From a virus (Duplodnaviria > Caudoviricetes), in IMG/VR virus record IMGVR_UViG_3300037249_000989, positions 1,016-65,015 of that record: 64,000 nucleotides of DNA; one strand, written 5' to 3'. Below are positions 11,486 through 20,095 of this stretch, piece by piece (within the stretch, counting starts at the first letter, position 1; each line of letters opens with the position of its first letter). Position numbers and translations under genes: made by a program. The notes beneath the pieces were generated by a model. It did no database searches and was not told where the DNA came from. It saw nothing but the letters and a program-made list of their open reading frames with translations.

Positions 11486-13062
11486 AGAATAATGTATCAA
11501 AAAAATAGCGCAATCTTGGACAGTTTTATACACCGACTTTGTTTGTTGACTATGCACATAAAATGATTGAGGAACAATTGGGAGAAGATTGGCGCGATAC
11601 GTACACTGTATGGGATAATTGTTGTGGAACAAAGAATTTGACACGTGATTATCGATTCAAAGAGTTGTATTGTTCAACATTAGAAGAGGCTGAGTTGGAG
11701 ATTGGAAAGAAATATAATCCTGAAGCTATAAGTTTCCAATATGATTTTTTAAATGATGATTTAGAGAAATTGCCGAAGGGATTGTTGGAAGCATTTGAGC
11801 AGAATAAACCTCTAGTTTTTCTATTAAATCCGCCGTATAGTTATAATGGGGGTCAATGCGGATCAGCTAAAGGCGCTTCTAATACAAAAGTTAAAGAATT
11901 AATGGTTAAAAACAATATTGATGGAAAGGGTGAATTATATATTCAATTTTTATATAAAATTTCTCTAATTAAACAAAAATTTAATTTAACAAATTGTTAT
12001 ATAGCATTATTTTGTAAACAATTTATTTGTCGTTCATCATTTAAAAATTTTAGAAAGGACTTTTTAAATCAATTTTGTTTTATTGATGGCATTATGTTTT
12101 GTGCAGGAGAATTTGATAATGTATCAAATAGTTATGGTCTAACATTTAATATATGGAAATCTGAAAAAGATATTAATAATAATCATTTTGCACATAAAGT
12201 TGTAGAAAATATTAATGGTGAAATAAAAATATTGGAAGAAAATAAATTATTATATAATACTGATAATAATAAATCATTTATTGATATACTATCAAATAAT
12301 GCAAAACGTATAAATGAATTTCCAAATTTTAGATATAAATTATTAGCATCTGATGATAATATAAAAGTTCCAAATAATTATATTGGCTGTGTATATAATG
12401 CTGTAAACAGAACAATGTTAGCAACAATGCCATATGCCGGAAATAATGGAGCAAAATTTATGGTTACAACTGATAATTATAAAGATATTATTTCTTATTA
12501 TGCATTAACATATCTTACACATAATTCTTGGAAAGATGGGCAAAATGAATTTTTAATACCAAATAAAAATCATTTATATTATGATAATTTCATTAATGAT
12601 GCATTAATGTTTTGTATATTTAATGGTGATTATGATTGGTCGCTTCGTCAAATACAATATCATAATAAACTATGGGATATTAAAAATGAATTTTTCTGGA
12701 TGTCAAAATCTGAAATTGAATCACTTGCAAATGAATATAATAATGACGATTGCTATAATGATGCACACACATCTCCAGAAAGATTTGTTTATAAAAAACT
12801 TCAGGAAATTGAATTAACTCCAGAAGCACAAGCAGTTCTTGATAAAGCCTGTGATATTGTTAGAAAAACTTTCAAATATCGGGAATTATTTAATGATATA
12901 ATGCCGGAAGCACAAATTAATAATTGGGACTGTGGATTCTATCAAATCAAATTATTATGTAAGGAATTTGCACCAGATTTGCTTAAGGAATTTAAAGATG
13001 TTTATAAACAACTTGCAGATACAATGAGGCCAATGGTGTACGAGCTTGGGTTCTTGAAATAA
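11482..13062 (+). CDS. N6-adenine DNA methyltransferase with C-terminal specificity region (526 aa, TAG at codon 9)
   Basis: GQFYTP, WDNCCGT and LLNPPY motifs. Confidence 0.8.
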
Positions 13063-13098
13063 ACTTTAAAATTGTAGTAAAATCAAAACGTACAGAAA

Positions 13099-13449
13099 AT
13101 GAAGAAAAAGTTAACTAAAGATGATATATTGAACGATGAGACACTAAGCCCATAGGACCAATATAAAAAGTATATTAAAACTGATGAGTGGAAACAGATC
13201 CATAATGAAGTTTTGATAAGAGACAATTTTACGTGTCAATGCTGTAATAGAACTTAGCAAGAAATAGATGAGTACAATACTAAGAAAGACAAGAAGTTGC
13301 TTAGTTTGGTAGTTCATCATAAAACATATAGGAATCTATTTAATGAAGTAGAAACTAATTATAAGGACTTAATAACACTTTGTTCTCCGTGTCACAGAGC
13401 AATTCATATGGTTCCTAATAACAGAAACAGATTTAAGTTTAATGATTAA
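13099..13449 (+). CDS. HNH endonuclease (116 aa, TAG=Gln)
   Basis: RDNFTCQCC..VHHKTY..LITLCSPCHRAIH. Confidence 0.8.
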
Positions 13450-13595
13450 AATAGACCAGTTGAGTTTGTCTTAACTGGTTTTTTTAGTATAACTATGTTT
13501 GGTTTTTCTGGTTCAGGTTCTTTAGGTAAAGTTAACTATAAATTAGGTAAGGTTAGATCTAAAGTGTCTATTTGTTTAAACATAACAGGTAACAT
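13446..13595 (-). CDS. Small Pro-rich hypothetical protein (49 aa, TAG=Gln)
   Basis: Orthologue 43304-43477 keeps the frame, with synonymous changes, an in-frame insertion and the same TAG. Confidence 0.6.
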
Positions 13596-13654
13596 AAAGA
13601 ATTAGTTTGTTTAAATATTTATTGAAAAATAAAAACCACTTAACATTATTACAA

Positions 13655-13751
13655 AAAATGGTACTTTTTGTATATCTGTTTTAATTCTTTATATATTTAA
13701 TATAAACTATATCTTTTATAGGTTGCACAGATATACAGTTTGTACCATTTT
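13655..13751. promoter_or_regulatory. Inverted pair of 24-bp operator-like sites AAAATGGTAC-N4-TGTATATCTG
   Basis: 13655-13678 and inverted 13728-13751; third copy 20173-20196; all conserved in copy 2 (43537, 43611, 51431). Confidence 0.65.
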
Positions 13752-13851
13752 TAGCAAATTGAATTTTTTCCAAAATTTTCTTAAATAAATAATAAAAGAA
13801 GCAAGTTTTAGCAAATTGAATTTTTAGCAAAACGAACTTAAATAAATAATA
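13751..13851 (+). promoter_or_regulatory. Middle-promoter-like motif TTAGCAAATTGAATTTT-N-TTAAATAAATAATA (tandem pair)
   Basis: Copies at 13751, 13808, 14845, 20273, 43634, 44679, 51539, each upstream of non-structural TAG-containing operons. Confidence 0.6.
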
Positions 13852-13926
13852 AAAGAAACCTATTTTAGAAGTTGCAAAAAAACTTTTTAGAACCGAAATA
13901 AATAATATATAAAGATGTTTTTATAA

Positions 13927-14052
13927 AGCTCTCACACCTATAAAGCATTATAAAAATTATAGAAAATTAGTTGGTTTTGTATTTGAAAGTAGAAGGTGTG
14001 AGCTACGAGTAAAATACAGAACCAATTTTTATAAAAACAAACTCACACCGAT
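13927..14052 (+). ncRNA. Structured 5' leader: long hairpin exposing GGTGTGAG, flanked by two CTCACACC boxes
   Basis: Stem 13971-14025; boxes at 13931 and 14042; identical elements at 43756, 43830 and 43876. Confidence 0.6.
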
Positions 14053-14844
14053 ATGAACTAGATTGACACATTTTTCGATTGCTACATCGATTTACAAACA
14101 CAAACATTCAACCAAATTGTTTTAGAATGGGGCAAATCCTCAGTTGCATTAAAAAGATGGTTAAACACCTATCACCCAGAAATATTAAATAATAAAGATT
14201 ACTCTAGAAAAGCTGGTCTCAATGCAGATATATTTCTTCCATATAGAAATAATGGTTTATGGTCAGGTTCTGATGCAATATCTCGTTTAAAACTTGCAGC
14301 TAAAGCAGAAGTTGTTATTATCTTTAGTAACTCTGAGTTAACTGAAACCGAACAACAAGTTATTTATAAAACTGAGTGCTTGCGTTTATGGACTAGAATA
14401 AACTCATTAGTAACTCCATTTTCATTTTAGCAATTCAAATCATTATTAGATGATTGTTACACTGAAGTAATAAATAATTGGGATGATGAAGTTGAAATGT
14501 TGCAACAAAAGCAAGAGAGCTTCAAACCTAGAAGAAAACAAACTTTATATCATTACACAGTTAATGACTTTGATAATATATATCCATTTATGACTTTACG
14601 TCAAGCATATGAAGATTGGATGGAATACAAATTTCCATATTTATTAAAACGTTATAAAGATGAAAAACTCAGAGCATTTAAAGTTGAAGCAATGCAAAAT
14701 GAGTGGAGTGATGAATTAAAAGAAACCAAGTTTAAAAACCTCAAAGCTGACTTAGAACTCATTAAAATCAAAGAACCAAACAAACTTGCATTCAGAAAAT
14801 TATTAGACAGATATAATATCGAATACAAACAAAAAAAGCACTAA
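14053..14844 (+). CDS. Conserved hypothetical protein (263 aa, TAG at codon 3); possible replication or regulatory protein
   Basis: Continuous code-15 frame, conserved at 43887-44690; function inferred only from position. Confidence 0.65.
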
Positions 14845-14920
14845 TTAGCAAATTGAATTTTTAATAAAACGAACTTAAATAAATAATAAAAGAAACAATA
14901 AAAACTAACATTTAAATATT

Positions 14921-15526
14921 ATGTTCAAATATATTTCTGCTGAGAATTTTAATTAGATTAACTGGCAAAACTTACAAAGCAAACCATTCGAGGATAGTTG
15001 GTCACGTTACATTATGAAAGAACTATTTAACAAATATAGCCCTGATGTTAAATCAGTATTTGAATATCAAGGTAATAGTTGTTTAGACCTTAAACTCACA
15101 ATGGCTAACAAAACCCATACAGGAATTGAAATTAAATTCCGTAAAGAAAAATCTGATACTTATCCAAGTCACCTTATAAACGATGAAAAGTTCTTCGCTA
15201 TTTGCAAACGTGCTGATAAGAAATGGATCCAAGCCGCATATTTATCATCAATCTGGTATGATGGCGTTATTTGGGTTAGTAATATATTTGGTGAATATGA
15301 AGTAGAATAGCATTTATAGAACAAGACTACTAATGTATCTGCAACTACTGATTACAAAAAAGAATGGAAAACCTGTTATTGCTATAAACCATAGAACGTA
15401 TTCTATTTCTGTTATGAATATGATGATGAACTTAATAAATACATTCCTTATTTCTCAACAGAACCTATTGATGTTGCTCAATTAAACAAAGAAGCTGAAG
15501 GTCTAACAAGTTGCCAATTATTCTGA
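14921..15526 (+). CDS. PD-(D/E)XK-like nuclease (201 aa, TAG=Gln)
   Basis: CLD..L..GIEIK motif; several TAGs in one open frame. Confidence 0.5.
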
Positions 15527-15556
15527 AATAAATATAAAAAGAAACCTGAATTGAAT

Positions 15557-15694
15557 ATGATACCGAATGATTAGATCCTAATGGAGCACGATATATTACT
15601 GGAAGAATTTAAAAGAAAATTCCAATAGTTAGAAGATAGAGTCCAAGCCTTAGAGGACTTAAAACAAGATAAGGCAGTTGATTGTTTACCATAA
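15557..15694 (+). CDS. Small coiled-coil protein (45 aa, TAG=Gln)
   Basis: Open in code 15; positional counterpart at 45403-45600. Confidence 0.45.
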
Positions 15695-15723
15695 TTATTT
15701 AAAGTTATTTTTTATTTTATTTT

Positions 15724-15759
15724 CCCATCATTTGTCGAGATGATAAGTGATGGGTTTTT
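15724..15759 (+). terminator. Rho-independent terminator at the boundary of TAG-containing and TAG-free regions
   Basis: CCCATCA...TGATGGG plus T-tract; conserved at 45643-45678. Confidence 0.75.
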
Positions 15760-15950
15760 CGTATAAAATGTTGCAAAAGCAGTCATTTTGTAAAGTGAGC
15801 TTTACATTTTTCACTTTCTGGGAACTTTTTTCAACCCGGATTTTTCCGTGTCGTGGAATTGTTATAATTTTGCAATGTCAATCAGTTAAAACATTGATTT
15901 ACGGACAATTACTGAAAATAATTAAAGTTAAACTCAAACATCAAAACATT

Positions 15951-16109
15951 ATGAAACCAGATTACGAATTTACCTGTTGTATATGCAAAAAGCATATCAC
16001 AGGAGAGTATGGCAACAACCCATTCCCGGTATTCAATGCAGGAGAATGCTGTGATGAATGTAATTACAAAGTAGTTATTCCTGCACGTCTCAAACACTTT
16101 AAACACTAA
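15951..16109 (+). CDS. Small Zn-finger protein (52 aa, TAG-free)
   Basis: CCICK...GNNPFP..ECCDEC; downstream of a TAATTTTG -7 box near 15865. Confidence 0.6.
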   Translation: MKPDYEFTCCICKKHITGEYGNNPFPVFNAGECCDECNYKVVIPARLKHFKH

Positions 16110-16114
16110 TCATT

Positions 16115-16279
16115 ATGACAAAGCAAGCTTTTAATTGCATTGGCTTATTATCTGGCCAACCTGTAGAGAAAATCACGCAAGCCCTGAATTTTCTCCAAGC
16201 ATCAGTAGTTAACGAACTGATGGAACATTTTCAAGTCAATAACAAAGCCGATTTGGCATCAAAATTAAATGCATTATGA
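16115..16279 (+). CDS. Hypothetical protein (54 aa, TAG-free)
   Basis: ATG after A-rich leader; ATGA coupling to next gene. Confidence 0.5.
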   Translation: MTKQAFNCIGLLSGQPVEKITQALNFLQASVVNELMEHFQVNNKADLASKLNAL

Positions 16280-16584
16280 TTACATCTTTTAAAATTAGTT
16301 CTCTGATGGGAGAACCCTCAATCAAATTAGAAAACGGTATTACTTTAGACCGTATGCACGGAACTGTCCTTGTGGGCAAAGTTGAGAATGACCAACTGTT
16401 ATGGATCGAGAATTTCGACAATCTTCCTGAGAAGGGTAAAGATTTGTTATTCAAAATGCTTAAGGCACGCAAGGTTATTATGAGCTTTGATGTTCAGTTT
16501 AACATTGTCACTAAAGGCATTGTTGTTGATGATAAAGCAAAACCTGAAAAACCTGAAAAAACACCGAAGCATTATGAAAGTTGA
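16276..16584 (+). CDS. Hypothetical protein (102 aa, TAG-free)
   Basis: Conserved at 46670-46969. Confidence 0.7.
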   Translation: MITSFKISSLMGEPSIKLENGITLDRMHGTVLVGKVENDQLLWIENFDNLPEKGKDLLFKMLKARKVIMSFDVQFNIVTKGIVVDDKAKPEKPEKTPKHYES

Positions 16585-16894
16585 GAACTGGACAATTCAA
16601 GAGATAACCGGGTATGTGCCTAAGACTACATTCTATATGGATTTCAGTATAGCAGACCAGTTCGGAACCAGTGCCATTCAAGATACTTATAACAGAGCAT
16701 TTGAAAGCTGGAAGTCCAATGTTGAGTACCTGACAGAATTGGTAATGGTTCTGAACTGGAAGATTTGGAGATGGCACGGACACAAAGAAGATTATGCCAC
16801 ACTATATGATAAGCTTTGGAAGCAAGCAGACCAGTATTGTATGGACAATCTCAAAGGTTCAGATTTAACGTATTATATTCAAACCACAGACTGA
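16574..16894 (+). CDS. Conserved hypothetical protein (106 aa, TAG-free)
   Basis: Near-identical at 46959-47279. Confidence 0.75.
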   Translation: MKVENWTIQEITGYVPKTTFYMDFSIADQFGTSAIQDTYNRAFESWKSNVEYLTELVMVLNWKIWRWHGHKEDYATLYDKLWKQADQYCMDNLKGSDLTYYIQTTD

Positions 16895-16895
16895 T

Positions 16896-17075
16896 ATGGC
16901 ATCACCACTAACATCAGAATGTTTAAAAGGACTAGGCTGTCCACCCGGTGTAGATTTAAGAGAGTGCACCAAATGGCCTAATAACTGTCCACTAGTCCAC
17001 ATACAAGGTAGTGATATTATTCTGGAAAGTCCGCAACAGAAGTTATTTAGAGATAACTCAGATGACCCAGAATGA
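16896..17075 (+). CDS. Cys-containing hypothetical protein (59 aa)
   Basis: Conserved at 47281-47460. Confidence 0.55.
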   Translation: MASPLTSECLKGLGCPPGVDLRECTKWPNNCPLVHIQGSDIILESPQQKLFRDNSDDPE

Positions 17076-17113
17076 TGCTAAACTGATAAGTAATATAATT
17101 TATTAGCAAAAAG

Positions 17114-17141
17114 AAAAGAGAGCTTTCAGGGCTCTCTTTTT
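17114..17141. terminator. Bidirectional terminator between convergent early operons
   Basis: AAAAGAGAGC-TTTCAGG-GCTCTCTTTT; identical at 47499-47525. Confidence 0.85.
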
Positions 17142-17144
17142 AAT

Positions 17145-17321
17145 TTAGAATGGAAATAAGTTGGGATTGTTATGCTTTAGTCTGTACATATAAACAGGTG
17201 ATAGGTTTTTAACCAGATAACGAAGATAAAGCCGGTAATGTGTCGGTTTTTTCAGACCTGAACGACACCAGTTTAATTTACCGGTATTATATAGTTTGCA
17301 ACGAATACTAAATGGGTTCAT
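17145..17321 (-). CDS. Basic hypothetical protein (58 aa), variable cassette
   Basis: ATG directly downstream of the 27-bp repeat; absent from copy 2. Confidence 0.55.
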   Translation of the reverse strand: MNPFSIRCKLYNTGKLNWCRSGLKKPTHYRLYLRYLVKNLSPVYMYRLKHNNPNLFPF

Positions 17322-17329
17322 AATATATA

Positions 17330-17356
17330 ACAGTTTTTACCGAGTGTCTCTCGTTT
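17330..17356 (-). repeat. 27-bp cassette repeat (minus strand AAACGAGAGACACTCGGTAAAAACTGT)
   Basis: Also at 48216-48243 and 48434-48461; CGAG-N5-CTCG hairpin just upstream of start codons. Confidence 0.8.
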
Positions 17357-17400
17357 TACGTTATTTTTTATTTTGTTCTGGTTATTAAGGATTGGAGATG

Positions 17401-17625
17401 TTACTCTCCAATCCAAGATATAAGTTCTCCGTTCCTAAAATCGAAGATGTGAAATAATTGGTAGGTTTCTCCGTTCATTTTAACGATTTCTCCGATTTGG
17501 ATGTTGGATTGGTTTTGGGGTCTCATCCGTTTGATTCCTTGATTTTTGGTGAGGTTGTAAAAAATGTACAGTTTCTCCTCATCACTCTTTTTAATTCTCT
17601 CAACAATAAAATTTTTCTTTTCCAT
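17401..17625 (-). CDS. Hypothetical protein (74 aa, TAG-free)
   Basis: Orthologue at 48516-48752. Confidence 0.7.
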   Translation of the reverse strand: MEKKNFIVERIKKSDEEKLYIFYNLTKNQGIKRMRPQNQSNIQIGEIVKMNGETYQLFHIFDFRNGELISWIGE

Positions 17626-18922
17626 AATTTTAAAATTTTTAAATTAAACATTTCAATTAACTTTACGGAAATGGTATAACGGAATCAGAAAAAAGTTTGG
17701 TTTGGACCCTAAAAAAGTTATAAATTCATAACAGGAGGAAATAAAAACTTAAAGATAGTATATAAAATTCATTCTAAGATACCAGATTTGACACCAGACA
17801 CACCGAAATAACCCAGTAATATAAATTATTAGGCTAGCAGAAAAGAAGTCCCCAGAATCAAATTATAATCTGGGAACGAAAAGCAGTAAGAAACGAATCA
17901 GGTTTGCCTTATATTAACAGATTAACGAAAAACGTATATATAAGAACCAGAATTTGCCTGATATAAACTAATAAAAAAGAAATAAATTCAGATACACTCA
18001 GATATAAAGAAAGATAGATATATAACAGATACACCCAATATATAAAGTAAGTAAAGAGATAGAGTAATAAAAAACACACAGGACGCATTAAATCAGGTAA
18101 TATATATAAATCTATAATACAGATAGTTTGAAGTCACCAGAATGTGAATATGGACTATCAGGAATATTTTTAAATATTTAATATACTCACGGAAATCGGA
18201 TATCCGGCTAATGTGCTGATACTAGTTAAGGATAGGGAATAGTAATAGAAATAAAGCATTCTAATAGGTTTAGACTTGTTCAGAAGAATCAGGAAATCGC
18301 AGGAACGCGGGATATCTGGCCCTCTGGGCCTTAGTTTTTACATATAATTTTAATTTGGAAAAAACTGAAATAAATAATATGAACCATTTTATTTGGTTCA
18401 AAAATAAATTTTTTCATTGATAATTTTTAATTAATTTTTTAAGGGAGTTAAACCTGCGACAGGCTAAGCTCCCATTTTTTTGGGCACAATTCAGATTTTA
18501 TCAATTATAATATAATTGATAATTATATACTATATTGACCTAAAACAGGCGATTACCTGACCACCGAGCTACGCTCATTAGCAGATTTATCGCAATAATT
18601 CCAATAATTCCATTTAATCAGATTACTCAGCCACGACCGATTATCTCATTTTGCTAGTGGATCAGGTAATCAGATGTTCAGATGAATCGGGTTTCCGGTT
18701 TTTCTGCTAATCTGCTGGTCTGTCTCCTTATATATACGCGCGTATTGGGAACCTAAAATTAGGGCAAACTCGTATATAATTATCAATAGTATTAGACCAA
18801 AGCTAACACCCTGAAAATCACTGGAATAAAAGTGCATTTTTTCGTCATTTTTTTGTCTAAAAATTTTCATATGTCAAAAATTTTTATTAAATTTGCAATG
18901 TATTTTAAAAACAGTAAAACAT
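17626..18922. other. Conserved palindrome-rich non-coding region (candidate att/junction, origin or packaging region)
   Basis: No conserved ORF; strongly similar to 48753-50164; 25-bp and 12-bp palindromes, 15-bp inverted repeats, CAGAT motifs. Confidence 0.55.
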
Positions 18923-20095
18923 ATGAAAAAGTTAGACCAAAAGCACCAACAAAATGTGATTTACATTATTATGCACGCAAAGGAAATCTTCACTAAGCTA
19001 AGATGGCCAAACGGTGTAAGATGCCCTTATTGTGGTGAAGTTCATTGTTGGACCTATAAGAATGGTATGCACAAGTGCTCTAAATGTGGAAAGCGTTTTA
19101 GTGACACCAGTAACACTGTTTTTCACGGAACAAAGATTCCTATTGCTTCGTGGATTGTGGCTCTCTATTTGATTACAATGAGCAAAGGATGCAGTTCTGA
19201 AGAGCTTTCAGCTTATACAGGTATAACGCAGAAGTCTGCTTGGTTCTTATTACATAAAGTAAGGGAAGCATTCAGACCAGATGGAACTGTATTAGATGGT
19301 GATGTAGCTGTAGATGAAGTTTATTTAGGTGGCAAATGGTCTAGTATAATATTGCCTAAGAAGATAGATATTCTTAAGCGTTATGGTTTATGGTATGAAG
19401 GTGACAAAGAGAGAACCTGGCACAAAAAGAATATACGTAGAGCAATATCTGAATATAAGCAACCTGTCTATGGAATGAATGATGGCAAGAATATTGTACT
19501 GATGGCAGTTCCTAATAGGTTTGATTCTAAGGACCTGTTAGATATTACATTAAAGCATACAGGTAATATTCAGCACTTAGTTAGTGACCAATCTATATTA
19601 TATAAGGAGATTGCAGAAACAGGTATTGATGTGATCCAAATGAACCATAGTAAACGAGAGTTCCATAATGGTGAATATTCGAGTAACAGAATTGAAGGAA
19701 CCTTTAGCCATTTGAAACGCAGATATAGATGTCATTATGTGAGACCTGAAAAAAAATATATCCAGCTCTATCTGAATGAATTTTGTTTCAGATGGAACCA
19801 TAGAGACAATACTAGTATAGAGAGATTAGCTGATAGTATTGGTTTATGTGTCACCAGAGGACGTGTAACTAATAAGGATATATATAACTATAATTGGTTA
19901 AGTTCGTATCACCAGAGGAAACCTAAACGTAGAGAGACTTTAGAAGAATGGTTTGAAATAGGATGGCCACCTTATGCAGAATCAATGGAAGTTCAAGGTG
20001 TTGTATATACTAAAGAACGGTTTAATGAACTAAAAGCACAATGGGAAGCTAAAAGAGATATATGGCATATAGATGAAAGCGAACTAGTTTTTTAG
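18923..20095 (+). CDS. IS1595-family (ISXO2-like) DDE transposase
   Basis: Zn-ribbon CPYC/CSKC, VAVDEVYLGG, VSDQ, NRIEG, YLNEFCFRWN; no internal TAG; -7 box TAAATTTG upstream. Confidence 0.9.
   Translation: MKKLDQKHQQNVIYIIMHAKEIFTKLRWPNGVRCPYCGEVHCWTYKNGMHKCSKCGKRFSDTSNTVFHGTKIPIASWIVALYLITMSKGCSSEELSAYTGITQKSAWFLLHKVREAFRPDGTVLDGDVAVDEVYLGGKWSSIILPKKIDILKRYGLWYEGDKERTWHKKNIRRAISEYKQPVYGMNDGKNIVLMAVPNRFDSKDLLDITLKHTGNIQHLVSDQSILYKEIAETGIDVIQMNHSKREFHNGEYSSNRIEGTFSHLKRRYRCHYVRPEKKYIQLYLNEFCFRWNHRDNTSIERLADSIGLCVTRGRVTNKDIYNYNWLSSYHQRKPKRRETLEEWFEIGWPPYAESMEVQGVVYTKERFNELKAQWEAKRDIWHIDESELVF

Noticed and set aside
18545-18590. tRNA-like sequence on the minus strand (GAGCGTAGCTCGGTGGTCAG)
   Set aside because: Resembles a D-arm start, but no acceptor, anticodon or T arm can be built; it is two small hairpins.
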